From assembly GCF_000092105.1 (NCBI RefSeq), contig NC_014148.1, positions 60,001 to 92,000 on the forward strand: a DNA stretch of 32,000 nucleotides, read 5' to 3'. Positions 1-9,522 of the stretch are shown piece by piece (position 1 is the first letter of the stretch; every line of letters begins with the position of its first letter). Made by a program: the position numbers and the translations under genes. The notes under the pieces were generated by a model. That model was given only the letters and a program-made list of their open reading frames with translations. It was not told the origin of the DNA and searched no databases. The DNA is from Planctopirus limnophila DSM 3776. GTDB taxonomy: Bacteria > Planctomycetota > Planctomycetia > Planctomycetales > Planctomycetaceae.

Positions 1-768
1 AATCTCGGTGCAGAGCGAAGGCAACGTCTCGCCGGCAGTGCGATTCAATTGCCACCACCACTTCTGGTTTTCCAGCGGCCGGAGCAATCCGCCCGAAAAA
101 ATACGAAAACCTCGGGCTGCGACAACTTTGACCGGGGCATGCTGAGTCACGGCGCCAATAAATGTCCGCTTGCTGAAAGCCTGCAGGTGGCCGCGTGGTT
201 TCTTTTTGCCCACGAGTTTATCCACAGCAGGAACCAGATGTTTGCGAACGAGATGAATTCCTTCCGGGAAGATCGGCACTCCGACAATCAGCAATCCCCC
301 CGGAGCCAGCACCCGACCCAGAGTCGAAATGGCATCATCAACAGTGGGAAGATGCTCCAGTACCTGCTCGCAGACGACCAGATCGAACTGATTCGATTCC
401 AGAAAATTGAGGCCTCCCATGAGATCGCCGGCATTGAGACTGGCCCAGTTTTCCGGCTTGTAAATGGTCGGTTGCAGAGTGAGATCGACCCCATGCAGAT
501 CGACAATTTCTGAACCTGGCAGCGCTTCGACATAACGCATGAGCACGCCATTCCAGATCCCCACGTCGAGAATCTTGAGACGACGACCGCGAGCCTGGAA
601 TTCGGGAATCAGCCGGGCAATTTCTTCACTGACGGCATGATACCGCGCCTGTCTCAAGCTGTACTTTTCTGGCCGAGTCGGATCGACTCCATACGCCAGC
701 GAAGGCACTTTTGCCGTACTAGTATTTGATTCAGAAACCAGTTGGCTGGTCTTTGTATGAGCGTCCAT
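1..768 (-). CDS. class I SAM-dependent methyltransferase (C-terminus runs off the window edge)
   Basis: Hand translation of the minus strand. ATG at 768-766 is preceded by an in-frame TAA at 780-778, and the frame is open down to base 1 (256 codons). Translation starts MDAHTKTSQLVSESNTS... Motifs: RLKILDVGIWNG (motif I variant), FDLVVCEQVLEHLP, LAPGGLLIVGVP. It is absent from the supplied ORF track because there is no stop inside the window. Confidence 0.75.
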   Translation of the reverse strand, partial: MDAHTKTSQLVSESNTSTAKVPSLAYGVDPTRPEKYSLRQARYHAVSEEIARLIPEFQARGRRLKILDVGIWNGVLMRYVEALPGSEIVDLHGVDLTLQPTIYKPENWASLNAGDLMGGLNFLESNQFDLVVCEQVLEHLPTVDDAISTLGRVLAPGGLLIVGVPIFPEGIHLVRKHLVPAVDKLVGKKKPRGHLQAFSKRTFIGAVTQHAPVKVVAARGFRIFSGGLLRPLENQKWWWQLNRTAGETLPSLCTEI

Positions 769-1140
769 GCTCGATCTTTAACTTATCTAGTGGTGCCGTT
801 GTGTCACAACTGTCGCTGACTCAGACTGTTTCCAGCGAATGAATTCGCGGGATGACAGCCGGGAATAACAAATCATCTTCGTCACTGCACAAGAATGACG
901 CAAGGTGAGTTTTCTGCCCTGGGACCGCTGCACCGCATCAGACCAGATGTTCCCCCCTCACGGTGCGCTGTTTCCGGTGAATTCGTGATCATTTCACAGG
1001 ATTGGGAACGGCCGTGGCCAACATCAGGAATTCCATTGGCATTTTCGCAAAAAGGCTATTAGGCTGACGAAACGTACCGCTGGGCGAGTACCAGTGGTCG
1101 CCAGAATGACCCGCCAGATCTCTGCCTGAGGAACACACCT

Positions 1141-2496
1141 ATGCTGCATGCTTTACCACGTCTTGCCTGCTTTTCTCCTGAGTTTCTCATGCTTTCGATC
1201 GCAGGCTGCCTGCTTTCGCTCTTTGTCGTTGCTCCTGCACAGGCTCAGGAAGATAACAATCCACCTCCGGGATTTACGGCATTGTTCAACGGAAAAGATC
1301 TGACCGGCTGGTGGGGTCTGGGCACGTATGACCCCCGCAAGCTCGATGCCATGAGTGAAGCCGACTTTGCCGCTTTCAAGGCCAAAAGCCTCGAAGATAT
1401 TGCTCGCCACTGGTCCGTCAAAGATGGCATTCTGATCAATGATGGGCATGGACTTTATCTCACAACCGACAAGACCTTTGGCGATATCGAACTGCTGATC
1501 GATTACAAGACAGTTCCCAAGGCCGACAGTGGCATTTACTTGCGCACCACGCCTCAGGTTCAGATCTGGGACAGCACAGAGACGGCCAAGTTCTCGATTG
1601 GTGCCGACAAAGGCTCAGGTGGTTTATGGAACAATCTTCCCAACCATCCTGGTAAAGATCCGCTCGCCAAAGCTGATAAACCGTTTGGAGAGTGGAATCG
1701 CTTCCGCATCATTCAAGTGGGTGCCCGCACCACGATTTATCTCAACGATCAACTCGTGGTCGATCACGCCATCATGGACAACTACTGGGATAAAGCGGCT
1801 CCTCTTCGCAAGAATGGTTACATCCAACTGCAAACTCACGGCGGTGAGATCAGCTGGCGGAATATCTTCGTCAGAGAAATCGGCAGCGAAGAAGCCAATA
1901 AAATTCTGGCCAGCAAGTCAGAGAGTGGCTTTGAATCGATTTTCGATGGCCAATCACTGGCGGGCTGGGCGGGTGCGGCCGATCAGTACGAAGTTGCCAA
2001 CGGTGCCATTCGTTGCCAAAAGGGCAAAGGGGGCAACCTTTACACTGAGAAAGAATACGCCAACTTCGTGGCCCGGCTCGAATTCCGCCTGCCACCCGGT
2101 GGCAATAATGGCCTCGCCATTCGGTATCCCGGCAAAGGGAATCCCGCTTATTCCGGCATGACTGAACTGCAGGTTCTCGATAACGATGCTCCCCAGTATG
2201 CCAAGCTCGATGTGCGTCAGTACCACGGCTCGGCTTATGGTATGGCCGCTGCAACGCGTGGCTATTTGCGACCCACAGGGGAATGGAACTTCCAGGAAGT
2301 GACCATCAATGGCAGCAAGATTACAGTCGAACTCAATGGCACCATCATTCTGGATACCGACCTTTCGAAGGTCTCTGAATACATGGCGAATTCACCACAT
2401 CCTGGTAAAGATCTGGTCAAGGGACACTTTGGCTTTGCAGGCCATGGCGATGCCGTCGAGTTCCGCAACCTCTCGATCAAGCCACTTGCTGATTAG
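1141..2496 (+). CDS. secreted protein with two tandem DUF1080 (3-keto-disaccharide hydrolase-like) domains
   Basis: 451-aa ORF with a signal peptide (LSIAGCLLSLFVVAPAQA/QEDN). Two repeats of the DUF1080 pattern: FTALFNGKDLTGWW...GYIQLQTHGGEISWRNIFVREI and FESIFDGQSLAGWAG...GHFGFAGHGDAVEFRNLSIKPL. GAGGAA lies upstream of the ATG at 1141. Confidence 0.85.
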   Translation: MLHALPRLACFSPEFLMLSIAGCLLSLFVVAPAQAQEDNNPPPGFTALFNGKDLTGWWGLGTYDPRKLDAMSEADFAAFKAKSLEDIARHWSVKDGILINDGHGLYLTTDKTFGDIELLIDYKTVPKADSGIYLRTTPQVQIWDSTETAKFSIGADKGSGGLWNNLPNHPGKDPLAKADKPFGEWNRFRIIQVGARTTIYLNDQLVVDHAIMDNYWDKAAPLRKNGYIQLQTHGGEISWRNIFVREIGSEEANKILASKSESGFESIFDGQSLAGWAGAADQYEVANGAIRCQKGKGGNLYTEKEYANFVARLEFRLPPGGNNGLAIRYPGKGNPAYSGMTELQVLDNDAPQYAKLDVRQYHGSAYGMAAATRGYLRPTGEWNFQEVTINGSKITVELNGTIILDTDLSKVSEYMANSPHPGKDLVKGHFGFAGHGDAVEFRNLSIKPLAD

Positions 2497-2527
2497 GCAC
2501 AGCCTCGTGACAACATATTGACAACCG

Positions 2528-2578
2528 CATGGCCTTCTCGCCTTCTTTCAGTAAGGGGAGAAGGCCATGTGCGTTTTG
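2528..2578 (+). terminator. intrinsic-terminator-like hairpin between convergent genes
   Basis: Perfect 12-bp inverted repeat CATGGCCTTCTC (2528-2539) / GAGAAGGCCATG (2558-2569). It is extendable by CCTT/AAGG inside the loop and is followed by TGCGTTTTGG. Confidence 0.55.
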
Positions 2579-2729
2579 GAGGCAAGTGCAGGAGTGACTT
2601 CTTTAAGAAGGCAAGACCTTCCTGCTGCCGGAGAGCTTTTGCAATGAATTCAAAAGTGTTTCGCGAAGCGTCTTGAGAGGCTTTATGGGGGTTCGCTAGT
2701 TCTGATGCATTCCTGGTGAGCATTGATCA

Positions 2730-3854
2730 TCAGCCATGACGGGCCACTGTCTTGAGAACCAGTTCTTCAGATACATCGCGCACGCTTTCGACATGGCCAA
2801 TTCTCGTCGGCAGAATCAACCGCAGTTTGCCACCGACCGATTTCTTGTCGAGCCGCATGGTAGCAATGATCTGTTGTGGATCGAGTTTCATTCCCGATGG
2901 AAGTGAGACCGGGAGTTGAAACGATTGCAGCAGTTTCGTCAGTCGCGAGACGACTTCTTCCGGAATACGACCCAACTGACAGGCGAGTGTGGCAGCATCG
3001 ATCATACCGATCGAAACCGCTTCGCCATGCAGCAGTGTGCCGTACTTCGCGAGTGCTTCGTAAGCGTGCCCGAACGTATGACCAAAATTCAACACGGCTC
3101 GAAGACCAGTCGTTTCAAACTCATCCGCTTCCACCACTTGGGCCTTCAGTTCGCAACTGCGCTGAATAATCCGGGCCAGGAAGGTGGGGTCATGCGATTG
3201 AATCTTAGGCTGTTCGGCTTCGAGCCAGTCAAAGAAACTTTCATCGAGAATCATGCCGTACTTCACGACTTCAGCCATACCGGCGGCAAACTCTCGCGGC
3301 GGCAAGGTTGCCAGCAGATCGGTGTCGATAAAGACAGCTTTGGGCTGATGAAAAGCCCCCACAATGTTCTTAGCAGCTGGCAGATTCACACCCACCTTGC
3401 CACCCACTGAGCTATCGACAGCCGCCAGAAGTGTGGTGGGTACCTGAATGAAAGGGAGCCCACGGGCATAAGTCGCAGCAGCAAAGCCCGCTGCATCACC
3501 CACCACACCACCACCGACGGCAATCACATGAGTCGATCGATCAGCCTGCATGGCGATCAACTGATCATAGAGCTTTTCGATTTCACGCAAGGACTTGGCT
3601 GTCTCACCCGCTGGTTGCACAGCCAGCCGGACATTCCAGCCAGCCTCAGCCAGTTGTTGAGTCAAGTTCTCAGCAGCCAATGGAGCCACATTCGTATCGG
3701 AAACCACCAGAGCCGATCCAGGATTGCCCAACTCAATGGCCACTTGCTTCGACAACCCCGCACCAATCCGCACCTGATAGCTGCGTGGCCCCAGGTTGAC
3801 TGGCACCACGGATATCTTTGGCCTGGAGGCAGAAGGTCGATCAGTGTCCTGCAT
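2730..3854 (-). CDS. aroB: 3-dehydroquinate synthase
   Basis: ORF 2730..3983. AroB hallmarks: GGGVVGDAAGFAAATY, VDSSVGGKVGVN, FGHTFGHAYE, LLHGEAVSIGM. I place the start at ATG 3854 (MQDTDRPSAS...) because the 43 upstream codons are basic, low-complexity and over-long for AroB. A start at 3983 is not excluded. Confidence 0.9.
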   Translation of the reverse strand: MQDTDRPSASRPKISVVPVNLGPRSYQVRIGAGLSKQVAIELGNPGSALVVSDTNVAPLAAENLTQQLAEAGWNVRLAVQPAGETAKSLREIEKLYDQLIAMQADRSTHVIAVGGGVVGDAAGFAAATYARGLPFIQVPTTLLAAVDSSVGGKVGVNLPAAKNIVGAFHQPKAVFIDTDLLATLPPREFAAGMAEVVKYGMILDESFFDWLEAEQPKIQSHDPTFLARIIQRSCELKAQVVEADEFETTGLRAVLNFGHTFGHAYEALAKYGTLLHGEAVSIGMIDAATLACQLGRIPEEVVSRLTKLLQSFQLPVSLPSGMKLDPQQIIATMRLDKKSVGGKLRLILPTRIGHVESVRDVSEELVLKTVARHG

Positions 3855-4169
3855 GCTGAACTTTCTGGATCGCTGAATTGTCACGAGGTGACCACCTTGC
3901 GACCTCTCTTTTCGAGAAATGACTCGATGGGAATTCGATAAGGATCTCTGGAAATGGTATCGCCCGGCCTCAAGCTTGGGCAATCATGCGACTCCAGTGA
4001 TCGCCCGGCATTCACGAGGATGACTGATCGAACAACAGACTCTGGTGATTCAGGGGCTCAGGTTCGTCTTGAATCATAAAAAGAGTCGGGTCAACAGAAT
4101 ATCCGGCATCTCAAGAGGATTTGTTAAGAATCGGTCTTGTTTCAGGCGACAATTTCCACACGTCAAGTC

Positions 4170-6605
4170 ATGATGTCCGTTGTCGAGTGTCAGCTTCACG
4201 GAGGTTCTGACAGCTTAGCCACGAGGGAGTCGATTTCGGTGTCCGACAGCGATTCATCCGGACAATCACCAGCCCCATCACAGACGACCCATCAGGGGCC
4301 GGTGATTCTGCCCAATCCCTGGCGCGACTGGGTCATTGACGGATTGATCAAATACCGCGTCTGGTGGCTGTTACTGGCCTGCCTGATGACGGCTATTTCC
4401 ATCTGGCCTGCCGGCCAGTTGAAGTTTGACGAGTCGATCGAATCGATGTACGCGCCGGGCAATCCTCATCTCAGGGATTATCTCGAAAGCAAAAAGTGGT
4501 TTGGTGGTGACGAGTTTATCTTCATTGCCTATCACGATCCCGAACTCTTTGAAGAAGCTGGTGAAAACCGCCTGTCACAACTGGCCGACGAAGTGAGTGC
4601 CGTACCCGGTGTGATCCCCACCAGCGTGCAGTGTCTGGCCACTTACTTGCGCATGACCCGGCACCCCGCTTTTCGCTCGCGCCGAGAGGAGTTGCTCGAT
4701 TTTTCGCGGGGTGTCCTTCTCGGGAGTGATAATCAGACAACCTGCATTGCTGTCCGCCTGCAAGAAAGTGAACGGGCCGTTGATTCCGCTGGTCAACCCA
4801 TCTCGCGTGGTCAGACGATTGCCAAACTACGGGCTTTGGCCGAGAAGCAGTCCTTTCCCACGTTCGTGATTGGCGAGCCGATTCTCGTTCACGATATGTT
4901 CCGCTATGCCCAGGAAGATGGCGAGTTCATGGGCTGGGCCGCTTCGGCTCTCTTGATTGGCGTGGTGCTTTTCTTTCTGCGCGATCTTCGTTCGGTCATT
5001 CTGCCGTTTGTCATTGTGCAGATGACGATTCTTTGGACGAAAGCCGGCCTGTGGGCCTCCCATCTGGAACTGACCATGGTCAGTTCTGTCCTCGGTTCAC
5101 TGCTGACGATTATTGGTGTCTCTACTGTCGTTTATATGTCGCTCTATTATCACGAATTGCGACAGTCGCTGGATCGAGAAACTGCCTTCCGTCGCATGCT
5201 GCAGGTTATTGGCATCGATATCATTTTCGTCTGCCTAACCACTGCAGCCGGCTTTGCGGCTCAGCTTTCGAGCCACCTGCATCCCGTGCAGTCGTTTGGC
5301 ATCACCATGGTCCTTGGGTCACTGCTGGTGCTGGTCGCAATGACACTTGTCCTTCCCGGAGGGATGTTACTCGGCCCGGATCGAGCCGGTGCTCAAAAGC
5401 CACGCGGCGATCAGCAGGTCAGTCAGTGGCTCGCTTCACTCACCCAGTTCGTGCTGGCGCACCGCTTCTGGATGGGGATCGTTACTCTGGCGGCTGTGAT
5501 CTATGGGATGGCGGGCCTGATGCAATTGCAGGTGGAAACCGATTTCACCAAGAACTTCCGCTCGTCCAGCCCTGTGGTGAAATCACTCGATTTTCTCGAA
5601 ACCCGCCTCGGGGGAGCTGGCCTTTGGGAAGTTAATTTTCCGGCTCCCCATCGACTGACCGACGAACATCTCGATAAAGTCCGGCAGCTGGCCGAAAATC
5701 TGCGTGGCTTGATCGGCACAGCCGAAGGTCAAGGTCTGACGAAAGTCGTCGCGATGACCGATGGGCTTGATCTTGTCCCTTTGCTCCCGTTTTTAATCCC
5801 TGATGCACAGGCCCAATCACGCTGGCTGAACTCTCTCCAGCCTGAATTTGTTCCCAGTCTTTACAATGCCGAACAAGGCCGGATGCGCATCATGCTCCGC
5901 GGGCTGGAGAGACAATCGGCCCGAGAAAAACAGGCACTGATTGATCGCGTCGAAACACTCGCCAAAGAACAGTTCCCTGATGCCAAAGTGACCGGACTCT
6001 TTGTTCTCCTGAATTACCTGATCGACAGCCTGCTGCAGGATCAACGCACCGATCTCATGGTGGGAGCACTCGGCCTGATTGCCATTATGTCTATTGCCTA
6101 TCGCTCGATTGTCATGGGCTTTGTCTCGCTTGTACCCAATGTTCTGCCCATCATGCTCCTTCTGGGAACCATGGGCTGGCTCGGGCTACGCGTGAATATT
6201 GGTACCGCCATGATTTCCAGCGATACCATGGGGCTCACCATTCACGACAGCATTTTCTATATGTCGGCCTACTTGCGGGCCAGACGATCAGGCCTCAATT
6301 TTCAGGGGGCCTTAGGAGAAGTACAGACCGAAGTCCGCAAGCCGCTCATCTATTCGAATGTGGCCTTAATCCTCGGGTTTTTAGTGCTGACAACCAGTCA
6401 CTTTGTCCCGTTGATCACCTTTGGAGTTCTGGTCAGTACGGCCATCGCTGGTGGATTGTTGGTGAATCTGCTCCTCTTGCCTCCACTCCTGCAACTGGTG
6501 GATCGACCCTGGCTGGGCCTGGCACCAGACTCTGCCCGGACTGCTGGCCCTGAAGAAACCGCTGGCACTGAGCAGAATCCTGTCGAGCCAACATCTTCAG
6601 TTTGA
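4170..6605 (+). CDS. RND/MMPL-superfamily membrane transporter
   Basis: Long ORF (track: 4137..6605, TTG start; first ATG at 4170). Two blocks of about six hydrophobic helices are each preceded by a large soluble loop, which is the RND/MMPL architecture. Motif-like segments: GIDIIFVCLTTAAGF and TMGLTIHDSIFYMSAYLRARR. Confidence 0.82.
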   Translation: MMSVVECQLHGGSDSLATRESISVSDSDSSGQSPAPSQTTHQGPVILPNPWRDWVIDGLIKYRVWWLLLACLMTAISIWPAGQLKFDESIESMYAPGNPHLRDYLESKKWFGGDEFIFIAYHDPELFEEAGENRLSQLADEVSAVPGVIPTSVQCLATYLRMTRHPAFRSRREELLDFSRGVLLGSDNQTTCIAVRLQESERAVDSAGQPISRGQTIAKLRALAEKQSFPTFVIGEPILVHDMFRYAQEDGEFMGWAASALLIGVVLFFLRDLRSVILPFVIVQMTILWTKAGLWASHLELTMVSSVLGSLLTIIGVSTVVYMSLYYHELRQSLDRETAFRRMLQVIGIDIIFVCLTTAAGFAAQLSSHLHPVQSFGITMVLGSLLVLVAMTLVLPGGMLLGPDRAGAQKPRGDQQVSQWLASLTQFVLAHRFWMGIVTLAAVIYGMAGLMQLQVETDFTKNFRSSSPVVKSLDFLETRLGGAGLWEVNFPAPHRLTDEHLDKVRQLAENLRGLIGTAEGQGLTKVVAMTDGLDLVPLLPFLIPDAQAQSRWLNSLQPEFVPSLYNAEQGRMRIMLRGLERQSAREKQALIDRVETLAKEQFPDAKVTGLFVLLNYLIDSLLQDQRTDLMVGALGLIAIMSIAYRSIVMGFVSLVPNVLPIMLLLGTMGWLGLRVNIGTAMISSDTMGLTIHDSIFYMSAYLRARRSGLNFQGALGEVQTEVRKPLIYSNVALILGFLVLTTSHFVPLITFGVLVSTAIAGGLLVNLLLLPPLLQLVDRPWLGLAPDSARTAGPEETAGTEQNPVEPTSSV

Positions 6606-6640
6606 CCCTATGAGACTTGGCTCGCAAAACGAGACCTGGC

Positions 6641-7747
6641 TCAACTGATCCGCACGACAAAATTCCCGGGCAAGCGTCGCACCAGCTTTTTGATCTCCAG
6701 TACGGTCAATGTCGACAAAGCGCGCGAATACTCCAGACCGCACTGTGTCAGCACAGTATCGACAGGCGTGGCTTCAATCCCGACCAGTTGCAGCAGTTTC
6801 TGCTCCTGATCATTCAGTAAAAGCTCCCGAGGCTGCTGCACCACTTGCCCGCCGGGTTTTTGCACCGGAGCGGAAAGATGTCCCAAAGCTTCCAGCACAT
6901 CTTCGACATGCCGCACGAGGATGGCACCATCTCGAATCAGCTTGAGGCAACCTTTTGAGGCATCGGAATCGACTCGTCCGGGTACTGCCAGCACATCGCG
7001 GTGCTGCTCCATGGCGTGCCGGGCGGTATGGAGTGAGCCACTCTTTTCAGAGGCTTCGATCACCAGCGTCGCCAGTGAGAGACCACTGATAATGCGATTT
7101 CTTTGAGGAAACTGTGGTGCAATCGCCGGGACATCAGGAGCATATTCGCTGATCAAGGCTCCCTGCTCGACAACTTGCCTAGCCAGTTCGATATGTTCTC
7201 GCGGGTAAAGTTGATTGATCCCGCCTCCCAGCACAGCCAGAGTTCGCCCACCAGCTTCTAATGCGGCCCGATGGGCTAAACCATCCACTCCACGCGCCAG
7301 TCCGCTGACAATAGTGACCCCTGCGCGAGCCAATCCGCCAGCAAAGTTTTTCGCCATCTGCTCGCCATACACACTTGGGCTGCGGGATCCAACAATCGCG
7401 ACGGACAACTGGTCTGCAGCAGTCACGGATCCTTGAATGAAGAGGACCGGGGGCGGTCGATCAATTTCCTTGAGGCGTACCGGATAGTCGTCCCGGTTGA
7501 GACAAGTGGCTCGAATGTTCAGCGCCTCACATTGCTGAAGTGTCTGTCGTGCTTCGGCCCGATCGCGTCCTAAAGAGACTCTGCTTGCCAGAGTGGATGA
7601 TAATCCTGCCTGTTCCAGCACAGCCGCACTGGCCTCCAGTACAGCCGTCGGGCTCCCCAGATGTTGAATGAGCCGTTCGTAGGTGGCCGGGCCGATTTTG
7701 GGAATCAGCATCAGTTGCAAGGCATCGACAAGGGCAGCATCTGTCAT
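6641..7747 (-). CDS. dprA: DNA-processing protein DprA (Smf)
   Basis: 368-aa ORF. It has an N-terminal helix-hairpin-helix-like region, then the DprA core VAIVGSRSPSVYGEQMAKNFAGGLARAGVTIVSGLARGVDGLAHRAALEAGGRTLAVLGGGINQLYPREH, followed by FPQRNRIISGLS. Confidence 0.92.
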   Translation of the reverse strand: MTDAALVDALQLMLIPKIGPATYERLIQHLGSPTAVLEASAAVLEQAGLSSTLASRVSLGRDRAEARQTLQQCEALNIRATCLNRDDYPVRLKEIDRPPPVLFIQGSVTAADQLSVAIVGSRSPSVYGEQMAKNFAGGLARAGVTIVSGLARGVDGLAHRAALEAGGRTLAVLGGGINQLYPREHIELARQVVEQGALISEYAPDVPAIAPQFPQRNRIISGLSLATLVIEASEKSGSLHTARHAMEQHRDVLAVPGRVDSDASKGCLKLIRDGAILVRHVEDVLEALGHLSAPVQKPGGQVVQQPRELLLNDQEQKLLQLVGIEATPVDTVLTQCGLEYSRALSTLTVLEIKKLVRRLPGNFVVRIS

Positions 7748-8054
7748 CCCGAATCACTCTCTCCTGATCGTCGCCAAGACCCCGGACCCTCGTGATTTTG
7801 ACCATCCACCACAAAAACATAACATTTCCAGATCAATAATACCGCACAAATGATCACATTTTATAGACTGTCGAAACGCTTTGTGCCAGTTTTTGATCTT
7901 CCGGACTCAATTCTTCGTTACTGACAACTGACGCGCACAGTGAATTCCAAACGTTCTCATCACCGCATTCGTGATGATCGCGAGTGAATTGTTCGTCAAT
8001 CCGTTCACTGAACGACACAACGTGGCAGCATGCAACGCAAGGGAGTCCTTACTT

Positions 8055-9056
8055 ATGCCCACAAACTCAAAAACTCAGGAAGTGAATTCGAGAGCCATGC
8101 ACAGAATCCAGCGCTCACTGTTTTTCACCCCCTTGCTCCTGGGGCTAATTTCCCTCACAGGCTTTTCAAACGCTGCCCAGGCAGAGACATCAATTCAGGA
8201 TGAAGCCAGTTTCTTTTCACCTGCTGCGAAAGAGACCGCCCTCAGCCGGCTGAAGGCCCTCGAAGCCAAGACGGGTCATGAAGTTCAGCTGCAGACGGTC
8301 GCAACACTCCCAGAACCGTGGAAAGGTCAACTCGCCAGCGGTCAGCCGAAGCAGGGGGTGTTTGTCGATTTCACCAAAGATCGCGGCCAACTGGCTAAGG
8401 CGAAAGGTCTGTTCATTCTCGTGGTGAAAGATCCGGCTCATCTCGAAGTGGCTGCTGATCGTCGGTTAAGAAATGCAGGGTTTACGACCAGTCAGCGGAA
8501 TGCTGTGGCCGAAACTTTGCTCAATGGCTTTCGAGCGAAAGATTATGACGACGGCCTGCTCGCCACCGTCACTTTGATCGAGAAAGAGTTCGGAACTCTT
8601 CGTTCACCCTCGGCAGCACCAGTGCAGGCCAAAGAATCAGCGGCTGCCCCTGCCAATACTTTACCAGCTAAGCCAGCTGGTGAGGGTGATCTGGGTGGTT
8701 GGGGATGGGTGCTCGGGATCGGAGCCGTGGTGCTGATCGTCATGATTGGGATGTCATTGCTGCGGGCTCTGTTTGGTGGCGGAGCGGGTGCTGGTGCCGG
8801 GATGGGTGGAGGCGGTGGCATGGGCTTTGGCGGTTCATTACTTACGGGCCTGTTCGGTGCCATGGCTGGCCACTACCTGTATGACACATTTTTCAACAAC
8901 CATAGCCACGGCAGTGCCTTTGGTAATGATGCGACCAGCGGCATGGATGACCCGAATCGCAACGACTGGGGTTCGGGTGGCGACTTCGGTGATTCCAGCG
9001 GCTTTAGTGGTGGTGATTTTGGCGGCGGTGACTTCGGTGGCGGTGGTGATTTTTAG
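8055..9056 (+). CDS. TPM-domain (YgcG-like) membrane protein with Gly-rich C-terminal tail
   Basis: ORF 7971..9056. AAGGGAG sits 9 nt upstream of ATG 8055; ATG 8097 is also possible. Signal-like segment LFFTPLLLGLISLTGFSNAAQA. TPM pattern IQDEASFFSPAAKETALSRLKALEAKTGHEVQLQTVATL. One TM helix (WVLGIGAVVLIVMIGMSLL), then a Gly-rich tail ending in GGDF repeats. Confidence 0.8.
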   Translation: MPTNSKTQEVNSRAMHRIQRSLFFTPLLLGLISLTGFSNAAQAETSIQDEASFFSPAAKETALSRLKALEAKTGHEVQLQTVATLPEPWKGQLASGQPKQGVFVDFTKDRGQLAKAKGLFILVVKDPAHLEVAADRRLRNAGFTTSQRNAVAETLLNGFRAKDYDDGLLATVTLIEKEFGTLRSPSAAPVQAKESAAAPANTLPAKPAGEGDLGGWGWVLGIGAVVLIVMIGMSLLRALFGGGAGAGAGMGGGGGMGFGGSLLTGLFGAMAGHYLYDTFFNNHSHGSAFGNDATSGMDDPNRNDWGSGGDFGDSSGFSGGDFGGGDFGGGGDF

Positions 9057-9105
9057 TCGCCAACCCATGTTGCCGAACAGGAGTTAGCCAACCAGACACT
9101 CCTCC

Positions 9106-9139
9106 GAGAGCCATTGCTGGATTGCCAGCAGTGGCTCTC
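9106..9139 (+). terminator. hairpin downstream of the TPM gene (putative terminator)
   Basis: GAGAGCCATTGCTGG (9106-9120), loop ATTG, CCAGCAGTGGCTCTC (9125-9139). This is a 15-bp stem with one G-U pair, located 50 nt after the stop. The downstream tract is only weakly T-rich. Confidence 0.45.
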
Positions 9140-9522
9140 CTGCTGTTGACTCAACATCGAACCTCTTTGCTGGCCTCAACCCACTAAGGCTTCCATTCTG
9201 ATGCTCACCCCCAACCTAAGTGCTTATCGCAACCTTCGCATGTCCAGGTGAGAGTGGGTCGAGCATCCAGAACATCCCGCGATGGGGTCGTTCGTCGATT
9301 GTTCGCCAAATACGTTCGGACTCGCCCTCATCCCGACCTTCTCCCGTCGGAACCGGAGAAGGGGTAAAACCCTCATCTTCAATCCCGTTTTCCGTGGAAG
9401 AAATACTTCACGAGTTGCCGATTAAAAATGGTGCTGCAGTAAGATTGATGGCATACTGAATTGAAAGCTATTGCTGAATAATCGGCCCAGATGCTGTTGG
9501 TCGGCTGAAGGCGGGAGGCGAG

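Noticed and set aside
49-513. A 154-aa plus-strand ORF, plus ORFs 195..410(+) and 288..551(-), at the window start.
   Set aside because: A different minus-strand frame, open from 768 to base 1, carries clear SAM-methyltransferase motifs and explains the whole region.
2493-2723. A 76-aa minus-strand ORF between the DUF1080 gene and aroB.
   Set aside because: It is read through the terminator hairpin at 2528-2569, which yields the WPSPLTERRREGH segment. It has no motif and lies in a convergent intergenic region.
3855-3983. A 43-codon N-terminal extension of aroB, giving the 417-aa version in the track.
   Set aside because: The extension (MPKLEAGRYHFQRSLSNSHRVISRKERSQGGHLVTIQRSRKFS) is basic and low-complexity and makes AroB longer than usual. 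The internal ATG at 3854 gives a normal-length protein. The longer form is not fully excluded.
9220-9459. A 79-aa GTG-initiated ORF in the 466-bp gap.
   Set aside because: It has Ser/Pro/Arg-rich composition and contains the CCTTCTCC/GGAGAAGG stem. It has no ribosome-binding site and no motif. I kept it only as context for the gap finding.
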